Positions 11,431-24,759 of a stretch of DNA of 64,000 nucleotides are shown piece by piece. Position numbers and translations under genes: made by a program. Source of the DNA: Octopus sinensis (lineage: Eukaryota); the NCBI RefSeq assembly GCF_006345805.1, contig NC_043012.1, positions 40,610,001-40,674,000 on the forward strand, read 5' to 3'. The notes below the pieces were generated by a model. It was not told where the DNA came from and searched no databases. It worked only from the letters and a program-made list of their open reading frames with translations. Position 1 is the stretch's first letter, and each line of letters begins with the position of its first letter.

Positions 11431-12785
11431 AATTTGTAAATTCTGGTTCGTGGAATCGATTCCGTGGATAGTATCAGTGACATCTTCTCTAATAAAACTC
11501 ATTTCTGTGAAACCTACTCGGTAAATTCTGAATATTTCATCTATTCTAAAGAAACTGCTTTTTGTGGAGTCTTTGGCGTGATAAAAATCCATTTCCTCCT
11601 CATAGTGGATTTTCCGTTAGATTTTAAAATATGTAGTCTTAAAGAGATAATAATATACAATTCCTTAAATTATTTTCACAAAATATATTTCGGGATGTTT
11701 GTTCTTAGAAAAAAAAAAAGGAAGAAACAATTCTTAGAAATCAACTCTGTGAACTTTCTATAGATTATTGTGGGGTACTCAAGCCATTTTCTATTGTAAA
11801 GAAAAAAGTAAAATAATCGTGTGCGCATGTGTGTGTGTGTGGTGTATGTTGCGATGATGGGGGGGTTAGGAAGGGCGCAACATGAAATATCTTTTACATG
11901 CTAACCGCATGCATTCTAGATGTTTTGAAATTCATCAAATGAAAAAGATCGTAATTCTTTGCGAGTTAACGGTACCATTAGCTGGGGCATGGGAGGAAAG
12001 GAGAGAGAAAGGTAAAGGTGTGTGCGCGTGTGTGTGTGTGTGTGTAAGGGGAAGGAAAAAGTGAAGTTAATTGAGAAACTGAACCCGCTAGTTTCAAATT
12101 CCTTAATTTGGCTGATGTTGTTATTGTCCTTGTTTCCTTCTTTTCTCTCTTGTTGCCCCCATTGTCAGGTTACCAACCAGCAATAAAATACTTTAACACA
12201 ATTCACCTAAGCCAAATATTTCTATTCAAGAGCCATATACTCCTGTCAGCTGCTCCCTAATTGACAAATCTTGTCACAAACCCCAAACCCCCACCAGAAA
12301 CAGTAAAAGAGTTTTTTCTCTACCGTGACGTTAGCCAGCCTTTAGAATGTAGGAAGCCATTTTCAATTTATTAAAACACGGTAGTTTGTCCCCTTCTCTC
12401 GTTTCAACTCTTTCGGATTCCCTACATTCTCTGAGAAACATTCTGCTATGACACGCCGTGCGCACGCGTGTGTGTGTGCGTGTGTGTTATGGAGCGCTTT
12501 ATGGTTTGCTCAGTGGCTACTCAGTTTTCGCTCAGAACATTCGCTTTGCCAGTCTTTAACACTCGATGCCGTCTGAATGATCGTTGATAGGAGGAAATGG
12601 AAATCATCATCTACCTTTTTATCTTTTACTTTTTCCAGCCTCTAGACTGCGGCCATTCTGGGACACCGCTTTGAGGACCTCACCACTTTTTTTCATTTTT
12701 TTTTTTTTTTTGAGCATTTTCTATCCGGCAGTGAGGATGAAAAGAAACTAACACCGGCTCTCTAGCGGGGAGTAAACACCAAATG

Positions 12786-12830
<45 letters not shown>

Positions 12831-13005
12831 ACACACACGTATACACATACTTCGACATCTTACATTCCAAGAAACGAAGTCGCATTACTTAGCAACAAAC
12901 AAACGAAGCGATGCTAAAGCTGTAAAACGACCATATATTTATGTTTGTGTATGTACATATATATATATATACACACAACACATACACACATACATACATA
13001 CACAC

Positions 13006-13052
<47 letters not shown>

Positions 13053-13056
13053 ATAT

Positions 13057-13092
<36 letters not shown>

Positions 13093-13861
13093 ATATATAT
13101 CGTTAATTCTTTTTTTCTCTTGTTTTACTTTTTCTAAATTGCTCTGCTAGTCATCATCAGTCGAGTAAAGAATTTTGACGAGCTGTCCAAAAGCTAGAAT
13201 ATACTTTCCGAAACGGAACAAACAGATGACAGACACAGAAGTAAAAATCTTTGTTCCGCAATGTATATAATTTTCGCTCTGTATATTTTACACGGTATAT
13301 ATTCTTCATGAAAATACTCAAAAACTACGACTGTTGACAAAAAAAAAAAAAAAAACGAAATTTTTCAAATCCCAAGAAAACATTACTTTGCATTGAAACA
13401 GAATACCTAAATAAATAAATAAAAATGGCTTGGAGCTAATTGAACGTCTGCTATGTGAGTAGAGTAATGAGCTGTCAGAAATAGCAGAGCGGAGGAATAA
13501 AAACAAACAAAAAATTTAGCTCGGTTTCTGGTATTTCTTTGAGAGATATTTACGTTTCAAAATGGCGTCTTAGACCGTTGATATTGGATCCGCACAGTAA
13601 TAGGGTTACGTGAAATCGATCTTGATTGAGCAGACAGGCAGAAAGATCAAAGGAGCGTTCCAACCGTGACCCGATCAACTTTTCTTTTGCGTAGGTATAG
13701 TTGTATGGTTAAGAAGCCCGCTTTACTGCCAGGTGGTTTTCAGTTCAGTGGTTCGATCCCAATACGCGGGTGGCACCTTGATCTTTTAATTTCTTCTATT
13801 ATAGCCACGGGCGGTTGATCAATGCTTCCTTCTGAATGAATTTGGGAGAAGCGCAGATTCG

Positions 13862-14162
13862 GGTTCGCAATGATGAGGTAGCGTGTTCGATTTCCAGACC
13901 TGGCTGTGTTGTGTTCTTGAGCAAGACACTTTATTTCACGTCCCTCCAGTTCACTCAGCTGCAGAAATGAGTTGCGACGTCACTGGTCCCAAGCTGTATC
14001 GACCCCTTTGCCTTTCCCTTGGACATCATCAGTGGCGTGGAGAGGGGAGGCTGATATGCTTGGGTGACTTGCTGGTCTTCCATAAACAACCTTGCCTGGA
14101 TTTGTGCCTCGCTGGGTAACTTACTAGGCGCAATCCTATGGTCATTCGTGACCGAAGGCCCC
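13862..14162 (+). mobile_element. tRNA-derived SINE family D
   Basis: GTTCGATT...GTGTTGTGTTCTTGAGCAAGACACTTTATTTCACG (CORE-like), tail GGAGAGGGGAGGCTG...GACCGAAGG. Confidence 0.85.
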
Positions 14163-14458
14163 TTTTCATGTTGATGTTGTTGCTTAACCACAGCTCAGCT
14201 CTGATCAAATAGATCTACGATCAAAAGTCATGCCAACCGTAACCATCTCGTCCTCTTTTTCGGATGTGGCTGCTATTTCTCGCAGGCTGATCTACCACAT
14301 CCAGGCTTCTTCCAAAACACAGTGCGTAGCTTATCTGTCTTACGATCTATTTGCAAATCTGTCGGCGAGATTGGAGTTACTTGTCTATTGATTCGGTCTT
14401 AATATACCATTACAATGAGTGATTTTATCGACGCCAAGGGAGAAGGAAAATACCGTTG

Positions 14459-14537
<79 letters not shown>
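14459..14537. repeat. (ATCT)n microsatellite
   Basis: Direct reading. Confidence 0.95.
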
Positions 14538-14539
<2 letters not shown>

Positions 14540-14669
14540 CTCTCTCCTCCTCTCTGAGAGGCGACTTCCCGTAGTTAAACCAGACATAGCAATATAACAA
14601 TCAAAAACCATATAACTAAAGTAGGCTGTGTGTACGTGCGTGTGTGTATATATTTAATAATATGTATAT

Positions 14670-14707
<38 letters not shown>

Positions 14708-15229
14708 ATATATATATATAATATGTGCGCATGCATCCATATATACTCATGTATATACACACGTGCATTATATGAGAGACACATGTATTACACACACACT
14801 TACATATAGATTTTACTGTTAGTTGTTCATGCAGAAGCCGTCCCTAGGTATATCCCTCTTCGCGCCATTCAACAGATTAGATGTCTACCAAGACAGCAAT
14901 TGGTAGACAGCTTCACGCGTTTTTAAGACTCTACAATATGGCCGAGAAACAGAAATATCTTTTGTTTCAAAAGTACTCGTGAGGCTGTTGAATCAAAGTT
15001 ACATCTAGAATGGTAATGTGTTTCTCTGATGGTTCTTTCTGATAATTTCGGTTTGTGGGGTCTCGCACTGATTCCTTGAATGAAAAAGTCTTTGACTGAA
15101 GAACAAGGAGGTGGCGGCAACATGGCTGTTCTCAGTCAACGCTTCGCTAATTTCTAAACCGTCCGTAGACCACCGACATCTTTCTATTTAATTATGTCTT
15201 CCACTTGTTCAAAGTCTTTCCACGGACAG

Positions 15230-15381
15230 CTACATAGGCGAAGGTTTGCTTCGAGGTTCAGTTCCTGTGCGTGGCAATTTGGACAAGTCTCTTCTACTTA
15301 TAGCCCCGGGCCCACCAAAGCCTTGTGAGTGGATTTGGGAGACGGAAACTGAAAGAAGCCTGTCGTATATATGTATATATA

Positions 15382-15414
<33 letters not shown>

Positions 15415-15642
15415 TTATGTATGTATGTGTTTGTATATGTTTGTATGTCTGTGTTTGTCCCCCCAACATCGCTTGACAACCAATGCTGGTGTATTTACGT
15501 CACAGTAACTTAGCGGTTCAGCAAAAGAGACCGTTAGAATAAGTACTAGGCTTACAAAGATTAAGTCCTGTGGTCGATTTGCTCGACTAAAGGTGGTGCT
15601 CCAGCATGGCCACAGTCAAATGACTGAAACAAGTAAAAGAGT
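15230..15642 (+). mobile_element. SINE family B
   Basis: Head + internal microsatellite + 3' module. Confidence 0.9.
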
Positions 15643-15665
15643 AATATAATAGCAACCATATTGAA

Positions 15666-15872
15666 GAAGGGCGGCGAACAGGCAGAATGGCTAGCGCGCC
15701 GAACAAAGTGCTAAGCGAGATTTCTTCCGGCTCTTTACGTCCCGAGTTCATATCTTGCCGGGGTCAACTTTACCTTTCGTCTTTACGGGGCGGTAAAATA
15801 AATTACCAGTCCAGGACCGAGGTTGAAGTAATTGACTGACTTTGTTGGTCTTGTGCTAAAATTTGAAACGAA
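15666..15872 (+). mobile_element. old diverged SINE family A
   Basis: GGGCGGCGAACAGGCAGAATGGCTAGCGCGCC...GAGTTCATATC...GGTCAACTTTACCTTTC. Confidence 0.7.
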
Positions 15873-16044
15873 ATAGAACAAGTGAATGTAAGTAACATAT
15901 TTGGTTCGTGAAAACCTCACCGTTTTAAGGACACCGAGGCGAATATGAGACGAAACATATTCGACTTTCGGCAGAGATCGATCCGCATTTTAATAATTGA
16001 TTGAATTTGTTTTTATCCAAACATCCATCATCTTCTTTGACAGA

Positions 16045-16077
<33 letters not shown>

Positions 16078-16474
16078 CGAGAGACTTCGGTTGTGTAAAA
16101 GCATTTCTGAATAAGCGCATACACCCACACACACACGTGTTTGTATGTGTAATTGTACGTGTATCTTTGCTTGTGTATAATTTAATGTGCGTTTACACTA
16201 AAACATTTGTGTGTATGTTTACACTTGAACGTGTTTTATACACACACACACACACATACACATATATACATACAAATTTTTAATATATATATATATATAT
16301 TGGAAGGTTTGGAGATGATGTACAGGTATTATATATTAGAAGAAATGAAGTACTCAGAAATCTGGTTGGTTTTATATTTACAGATATTTATTTATATATT
16401 ACATTTTTTACATATATATATCATATCATTCAGATCATTAGCGCTTTCTCCCATTCTAGTGGGGTTTTCAAATC

Positions 16475-16505
<31 letters not shown>

Positions 16506-17386
16506 ATATAATATATAACACGTTGAAACACTCCTGTCACAACCTGGGGCCTTCAAGACTGCTTTAATGCAAGAAAGTATACTAGTCCCCTAATATTTGA
16601 TATTCAACATGTTATCTATTCAATAAGACAATCAATACTTCATTTCATTTTACTATATATATATTATTTATACTATATATTTTATATTCTACATTAATAT
16701 TATAAAGAATATAAATAAAACATAAAAGAAAACAGTTGGAATTCCTTTGAATAATATATATATCCCTCTATACACTATCATACAAACCCCTTTTTATTTA
16801 TATATATATATATATAAATATAATTGAAACCGTGTGTATATATATATACAGGCTCGTGCACGTGTGTATATAATTGAATCCATATGTCTGTGTGTTCTCA
16901 TGTCTCAAAGCATCAACAACTACAATAAACTGAAGGACTAAAAATTCTTCTACCGCCAGATGTAACAAATGTCTCTTAAGAGAAACACGCGGACATTAAC
17001 CTCTTAGTTGTAATATTCTGTTAAGATTTCCCATAATTCCCTCTCCTTATCTTTCCTATTTCTCTGGCAACGAAATGAATTGTCTTGAAGGGTTATTTCT
17101 CGTTTCGCATAATGTGTGTACGAATATGAATGTGTGTATGTGTGTGTGTGTGTGTATATGTTCTTTTATGTACGTATGTGCATGTATATGTATGTCTGTG
17201 CTTGGATCTATATACATTTACTGGCACGCGGAGATGAGACAGCGGGAAGAACACGTGGGAGGCGCTCGACGTCATCGATGAGGTCAAAGGCTGCGATGAA
17301 AGGACTTTCACAAAGCCAAGCAATTACGTTGCAAATTAATAATTCATTCATTTAAATTATAATTAAAACTCGAATGACATACAACC

Positions 17387-17421
<35 letters not shown>

Positions 17422-17445
17422 TGGTGTTGTGTGGTGTGTGTGTGG

Positions 17446-17476
<31 letters not shown>

Positions 17477-17610
17477 GTGTGTTTGGCAATGTGACTCTGC
17501 AAAATGACAATAAACGATTTGACATCAAGTATTTTGGTGAAGGAAATACAGAAACGATGTCCGTCCAGGCCTATGTTGGCGCTTACGTTTCATGTGTCTA
17601 TCTTTGGTGG

Positions 17611-18000
17611 TTAAAATATTTCCACATGGTTCCGGGTTCAGTCCCACTGCGTGGCATCTTGGGCAAGTGTCTTCTGCTATAGCCCCGGGCCGACCAATGC
17701 CTTGTGAGTGGATTTGGTAGGCGGAAACTGAAAGAAGCCCGTCGTATATATGTATATGTATGTATGTATGTATGTATGTGTGTGTTTGTGTTTGTGTGTT
17801 TGTGTTTCTCCCCCCAGCATTGCTTGACAACTGATGCTGGTATGTTTGCGTCCCCGTCACTTAGCGGTTCGGCAAGGGAGACCGATGGAATAAGTACTGG
17901 ACTTACAAAGAATAAGTCCCGGGGTCGATTTGCTCGACTAAAGGCGATGCTCCAGCATGACCGCAGCAAATGACTGAAACAAGTAAAAGAGAAAAGAGAA
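17611..18000 (+). mobile_element. SINE family B
   Basis: Head + microsatellite + 3' module. Confidence 0.9.
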
Positions 18001-18118
18001 AAGAGAATACCGTCTCGCAGTGATAAAACCTTTTGTTGACAATATATCAATAACTACTGCCTACCCTGAGTATTTACGGCACTGGCCTGGTGTGTGTGTG
18101 TGTCCACAATATTCGACA

Positions 18119-18484
18119 GTGGAGGCGCAATGGCCCAGTGGTTAGGGCAGTGGACACGCGGTCGTAGGATCGCAGTTTCGATTCCCATACCGGGTGTTGT
18201 GAGTGTCTATTGAGCGAAAGCACCTAAAGCTACACCAGGCTCCGGCAGGGGGCGGTAGCGAACCCTGCTCTACTCTTTCACCACAACTTTCTCTCACACT
18301 TTCTTCCTGTGTCTGTTGTACCTGTATTTCGAAGGGCCAGCCATGTCATGCTGAATCTCCCTGAGAACTACGTTATGGGTACACGTGTCTGTGGAGTGCT
18401 CACGTTAGTTTGTCGTGCAGGCTGTTTCGGTGATCGGATTAACTGGAACCCTCATCGTCGCAACCGACGGAGTGCCACGATTCG
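18119..18484 (+). mobile_element. SINE family E head with C-type tail, 11-bp TSD
   Basis: GGAGGCGCAATGGCCCAGTGGTTAGGGCAG head; tail ..GGAGTGCCA; AATATTCGACA at 18108-18118 and 18485-18495. Confidence 0.9.
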
Positions 18485-18527
18485 AATATTCGACAATACT
18501 GTTAGTCACTGCTTTATACCTTTGTTT

Positions 18528-18912
18528 CCAGCTGGCAGAAACGTTAGCACGTCGGGCGATATGCTTAGTTGCATTTCATTTGTTTTTACGTTCTGAGTTC
18601 AAATTCTGCCGAGGTTGACTTTGCCTTTCATCCTTTCGGGGTCGATTAAATAAGTACCAGTTACGCACTGGAGTCGACATTCCGTTTGTCTGTCCTTGTT
18701 TGTCCTCTCTGTGTGTAGCCCCTTGTGGGTAGTAAAGAATTGGCATTTCGTCTGCCGTTACGTTCGGAGTTCAAATTCCGCCGATGTCGACTTTGCCTTT
18801 CATCCTTTCGGGGTCGATAAATTAAGTACCAGTTGCGTACTGGAGTTGATCTAATCGACTGGCGCCCCCTCCCGCCAAATTTCGGGTCTTGTGCCTAGAG
18901 TAGAAAAGATTT
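18528..18912 (+). mobile_element. SINE family A tandem dimer
   Basis: head-body-tail1-body-tail2. Confidence 0.9.
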
Positions 18913-19808
18913 ATGCTGCCGCGTGTTTATTTCGAGTTGACCTTGTTAAAATACGTCCGGATAAGAAATAGGTCAATAGTGACTGACGTACAACTTTTGA
19001 AGTCAATCGAAATAGGCTGCCTCGTTCGATCAGCTTCGCTCCCTCATTCGATCAGTCCGCTGTCAATCTGTTTGTTCAGGTAAAACGAAGCTAACACAGG
19101 TGTCAAGGTTACTCACTCGCACAAACACAAACACACAAGTTAACATAGAATTCAAGATTACGCATCTATACACCTACGCACATACGCTAAGTATAACTTA
19201 CACAGAGTATAAATACCTTTACAAGAAACCGAACTCAATACAGGAGCTGAGTATATATTCTTCATGATTAGGAGTTCTAAGTACAGTTCCTTTGTCTGAC
19301 GATTCTTTATGGAGACGAAACTAGCCAGTCTCTATGAAGAAATCTACCTTCAGACCCTTCTCTCCTCCTCTCCCTCTCTTTCCACTCTATCTCTATCTCT
19401 CATATACAATACATACGTTTAAGGCCAATCTGGAGCAAATGGATGCTAGTTGAATTAGTCGTGGTTGGATCACGGTTCTTAGAGATCGGAACTAAATATC
19501 GTAATACAGCACTTAATTAATTATCCTTAATCACATTCAGTAGGAGCAACAACACGATTGACCGACCAGATAGAAACAACAGCTCAATGCCTCTCAAGTC
19601 ACACACTTCGCAGTGTAGACATAGATGCACCTTCGTCCTCAGTTGGATTCTCCTTGATCATAGACTTACTGGGTCAGAGAGTTGACCCGGGGTTAAAACG
19701 GCACCTGCAAGAAAAGAAAGTAGCAAAACAACGGCAACAGCAGCAACAATAAAGAAAAATACAACCACCACCAAAGCAACAAAAGTAATGATTCTTTTTG
19801 CTACTGAC

Positions 19809-20053
19809 CAGAGGTTTTCAACGGGCGTCCACGTGACCCTTTAGGGTCCATGTAAAATTCAGTCGTTAACAATTATGAGCCTTAAATTGGTTTTACTTTT
19901 AAAATATCGTAAGACTTATTTCATACAATTCCTGATAATATTTTAATTCTAAAAATACAAAAGGGTTTTTGAAACATCAAATGATTGTGAGGGCTCACCT
20001 GAGAAAATAGGGACCAAAGGGTTCCATTGGTAGAAAATGGTTGAGAACCACTG
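19809..20053. mobile_element. hAT/Charlie-type MITE
   Basis: Termini CAGAGGTTTTCAAC...GGTTGAGAACCACTG; shares the internal GGGTCCATGTA motif with the 34229 copy. Confidence 0.8.
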
Positions 20054-20061
20054 CTATGGAT

Positions 20062-20658
20062 AGAAAGTCTGGAATTTTGTGGAGGAAAGGACTAAGTCGA
20101 TATCGTCGACTCCAGTATGCAACTGGTACTTATTTTATGACCCTCAAAGGATGAAAGGTAAAGTTGATCTCGGCAGAGTTTGAACTCAGAATGTCTAACC
20201 GGAAGAAATGACACTATGCATTTTATCCGGTTTGCTAACGATTTTTATTTCTTTATTGCCCACAAGGGGCTAAACATAGAGGGGACAAACAAGGACAAAC
20301 AAAGAGATTAAGTCGAGTGCATCGACCCCAGTGCATAACTGGTACTTATTTTATCGACCCCGAAAGGATGAAAGGCAAAGTGGACCTCGGCGGAATTTGA
20401 ACACAGAACTTAACGGCAGACGAAATACCTATTTCTTTGCTACCCACAAGGGGCTAAACACAGAGGGGACAAACAAGGACAGACATAGGTATTAAGTCGA
20501 TTACATCGACCCCAGTGCGTAACTGGTACTTAATTTATCGACTCCGAAAGGATGAAAGGCAAAGTCGACCTCGGCGGAATTTGAACTCAGAACATAACGG
20601 CAGACGAATACCGCTAAGCATTTCGTCCGATGTGCTAACGTTTCTGCCAGCTCACTGC
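20062..20658 (-). mobile_element. SINE family A: young dimer followed by an older copy
   Basis: Three body units on the minus strand; the leftmost is more diverged. Confidence 0.9.
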
Positions 20659-20689
20659 CCCAGTAATAATCCTTCAAATATCGAGTTTC

Positions 20690-20828
20690 TTTCAGTTTCT
20701 GTCTCACAAGGCTTTATTTGGCCTGAGGCTATAGTAGAGGACACTTGCCCAAGGTGCCACGCAGTGGGACCGAACCCGAAACTATGCGGTTGCGAGGCCA
20801 GCTTCTTACCACACAGCCACTCTTGCAC
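20690..20828 (-). mobile_element. SINE family B head
   Basis: RC of GTGGCTGTGTGGTAAGAAGC...GGGTTCGGTCCCACTGCGTGGCACCTTGGGCAAGTG. Confidence 0.85.
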
Positions 20829-21870
20829 CTATATATATTTATATACATAAGGTTAGGCATATTAAAAGGGGTCCGTGAGAAAGCTCATTTAAATAAAAGG
20901 GGTCCCTTAATAGTAAAAAGGTTGGGAACCACCAAGCTGGTCTGTAACAGCATCATAACTACCAAGAAATAAAAGCTACAATCAACAAAACCTGCTTTTG
21001 CCCTTGTTTTTTTCTATTTTGTTTTATTTCTGTTATGAAAAGGACAAAAGATGTTGCGACATTTATGCCATTCTTAAAGAACTTTTTACCAATGTTCGTG
21101 AGAGACGAAATCGCATCAGCTCGGATTCAAAACGCGGTCACGGCCACAGCTGGAATTCAACTCCGCCCACTTCTATGACGTCAGTGTTAATTGCAAATAT
21201 TGGTACTCGTAAACGTCTGTGTGTGTGTGTGTGTGTGTGTGCATGTGTGTGTGTATGTGTTCATGTGTGTGTGTGTGTGTGTGTGTGTGACGCAAATTTT
21301 AATAATAGATATTAGTATTTAAAAGTGTGGGTAAACATGAGTGTGAATGTGTGTGTGTATGTGACGTAGGTCTTAATAATGAATGTGGGTATTTGCATGT
21401 ATATTTATGCGTGTGTGCGTGTATGTATTTATGCGTGTGTGTGTGTGTGTTGTGTGTGTGTGTGTGTGTGTGACGCAAGTCTTAATAGCAAATATTGATA
21501 ATACGAAACACGCGAAAACAGGTATGCGTGTGTGTATGTGTGCAAGTGCTTATTTATACGTGTATATATGTATGTATATGCATTACTGTATGCGTTTGTG
21601 TGTATGTATGAGTATGGATCACTGAGCGTGTGTATGTGTGTGTATACACGTGTGTATGCATTACTGTGTATGTATGTATGTATGAATGCATTTGTATATA
21701 TGTACGTGTGTGGGTACGTGCGCGTGGACACACACACCCACAGCATCGACATCTGTCGGCCATCTGGTTGTATTTACAATATTTCTAAGCCTTTATTTGT
21801 TAAAGACATTACGACAACCATATTGTGCGCGCGCGATGGTGTGTATGTGTGTGTTGTGTATATTTATATA

Positions 21871-21934
<64 letters not shown>

Positions 21935-22696
21935 GTGTTTGCGCATGTATCAATATAGAAAACCATGATGACATGAAATGCTTTTCCAGACCAAGACATT
22001 TACATCATCACATTTCCAAACCGCATTTCCGCTTCCGGTTATCTGTCTTTAAATATTTACTTACATATTTAGTTACACACGAACGCATGCACACACACAC
22101 ACACACCTTCCTCCACCTCTCTCTCTCTCTCAGTATATATGTGTGTGTCTGTGTGTGTGTGTGTGTGGTGTGAGTCAGTGTGTCTGTGTGTGTGTGTGTG
22201 TGTGTGTGTCAGTGTGTCTGTGTGCATGTAGTCTTGCCAAACCCATTATCTTCGTACACTTTATTTTGCCAATGCCTTCCTTTTCTAACAATCATCTTCA
22301 CCATAACCATCACTACAACAAGCCATCGTCATCCACCACCACTACCACACCTCATCATCATCATCATCATACTCATCTTCGCCACTGTCGCTGTCATAAC
22401 CCGACACTCCATATTATTCTTAGCCGTATCGAGAGACACCACAGCCTTAACACGTAATCTCGTTTGCCTTGTTTATTTGTTTATGGTTATTAAGCTGAGT
22501 CCCATAAGCAGGACCGAACCATTGAATGTCTTGACTTTGGAGGGAACATCTTTGAAAATTATTCTCTTTCTGACACATTCGTCTCTTCTTTTATCTCGGG
22601 AGCTGTAATCTATTATTTCTCTTTTTACATTAAAAAGTTTTTAAAAATCGTAATTAAGAAATCAGACATAAATCTAGATTATTATTATTATTATTA

Positions 22697-23018
22697 TTCA
22701 AATTCCGCCGAGGTCCACTTTGCCTTTCAGCCTTTCGGGGTCGATAAATTAAGTACCAGTTACACACTGGGCTCGATGTAATCGACTTAATCCGTTTGTC
22801 TGTCCTTGTTTGTTCCCTCTGTGTTTAGCCCATTGTGGGTAGCAAAGAAATAAGTATTTCGTCTGTCTTTACGTTCTGAGTTCAAATACCGCCGAGGTTG
22901 ACTTTGCCTTTCATCCTTTCGGAGTCGATAAATTAAGCACCAGTTGCGTAATGGGGTCGATCTAATCGACTGGCCCCCTCCTCCGAAATTTCGGGCCTTG
23001 TGCCTTGAGAAGGAAAGA
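22697..23018 (+). mobile_element. SINE family A dimer, 5'-truncated
   Basis: body-tail1-body-tail2. Confidence 0.9.
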
Positions 23019-23031
23019 ATATATATATATA

Positions 23032-23392
23032 TTCCTTTATTTTTAACTTGTTTCAGTCATTTGACTGCGGCCAGGCTGGAGCACCACCTTGAATTTTTTT
23101 TAATCGAATGAATCGACCCCAGGTCTTATTTTTTAACGCTAGTACTTATTCTATCGGTCTCTTTTGACGAACCGTTAAGTTAGGGGGGTAAACACAACAC
23201 CGGTTGTCAAGCAGTGATGGTGGGTGACAAAGATACACACAGACAAGATATAGATATATACATATATATACACGACGGACTATTTTCCCTTTCCGTCTAC
23301 CAAATCCACTCACAAGGCTTTGGTCGGCCCGAGGCTATAGAAGATGACACTTACCCATGGTGCCACGCAGTGGGACTGAACCCGGAACCATT
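23032..23392 (-). mobile_element. SINE family B
   Basis: RC head at ~23290-23392, RC 3' module at 23032-23235. Confidence 0.9.
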
Positions 23393-23675
23393 GTTAAATG
23401 ATGTATGAGCGTTCTGTAATGTCTTGCTGATCAGCCACGCAAATGATTTGTTTATAGTGGTCATATACTTGTGTTGTACCGCCATCAAATTGACATTACC
23501 TGTACAGGTGTACGATATACCAAATGTAAGGTGACGTAAAATTGTGTTTTGCTCAAGGCAACGCGCTGTCTGGGAATTGAAACCACGATCTCGCAATGGT
23601 GAGTGCATTAATCTAACCACCAAGCCATACCCCTTTTATACACACACACACACACACACACACACCACACATACA

Positions 23676-24088
23676 CAGGCGCAGGAGTGGTTGTGTGGTA
23701 AGGACCTTGCTTCCCAACCACATGGTTCCGGATTAAGTCCCACTGCGTGGCCCCTAGGGTAAGTGTCTTCTACTATAGCCTCGGGCCTACTAAAGCTTTG
23801 TGAGTGGATTTGGTAGATGGAAACTGTAAGAAGCCCGTCATATATATATGTATGTGTGTGTGTGTGTGTGTGTGTGTATGCATGTATTTGTGTCTGTGTT
23901 TATCCCCCCACCATCGCTTGACAACCGATGTTGGTGTGTTTACGTCCCGTAAGCTAATAGTTTGGCAAAAGAGACCGATAGAATATTAGTACTCGGCTTA
24001 CAAAGAATGAGTCCCGGGGTCGATTTGTTCGACTAAAAGCGGTGCTCCAGCATAGCCGCAGTCAAATGACTGAAACAGACAAAAGACA
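23676..24088 (+). mobile_element. SINE family B
   Basis: AGGCGCAGGAGTGGTTGTGTGG head + microsatellite + 3' module. Confidence 0.9.
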
Positions 24089-24360
24089 GAATATATACAC
24101 GACTGGCCGCCAAACAGTTTTGTGTACAAAGGTATTTTTCCCAAAACGCGACGCTCACAGTACAGTTCGAACCCAGCACCCCAAGGTTGCGAAGCAAACT
24201 CAGCCAACCAGTGGGGGTGGCTAAGGACCGCATGAAAGTGTGGGGTTGGGGGTGGGGTATAAGTAATCGGAATGACCCAAAGGTGTACAAATATTTACAG
24301 TAATGAGTTTCAATTAATGTTACGTATAATTAGTCTGGTTGACCTCATCTATTAATCTAG

Positions 24361-24460
24361 TTTGACCAGGTGGCGCTACTGCTGTTACAGTCATTTTACA
24401 GTTTGACCAGGTGGCGCTGCAGTTATCGTAGTTAATTATAGTCTGGGTAGGTGGCGCTGC
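24361..24460 (+). promoter_or_regulatory. three CTCF-like motifs spaced 41 and 40 bp
   Basis: AGGTGGCGCT at 24368, 24409, 24449; the first two are preceded by TTTGACC. Confidence 0.35.
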
Positions 24461-24759
24461 TATTATAATCATTCACGGTTGAACTGTTGGGATGACTGTG
24501 TCTGCGGAAATGGTTTTAAAGGAAATGGCAGGACGGGGGTGGGTGGAGGCGGGTGGAGAGGGAGGTTAGAGAGAGAGAGAGAGAGAGAGAGAGTGGGAGG
24601 GGGTACGGAGAAATAGGGAGGGCGTTTAATATGGTGGGGTGTGAATGGCGAATGACATGACATAAACTTGTCGAAGGAATAATTAAATTTGAGGAGTGGT
24701 CGGACATAGCGAATAATTATTTTCATAATGACAGTAATGAGGTGGTGGGGAGGAGGAGG

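Noticed and set aside
14882-14909. 10-bp-stem hairpin TGTCTACCAA/TTGGTAGACA
   Set aside because: No CTRR end or U-tract; a stem this short is plausible by chance in 64 kb
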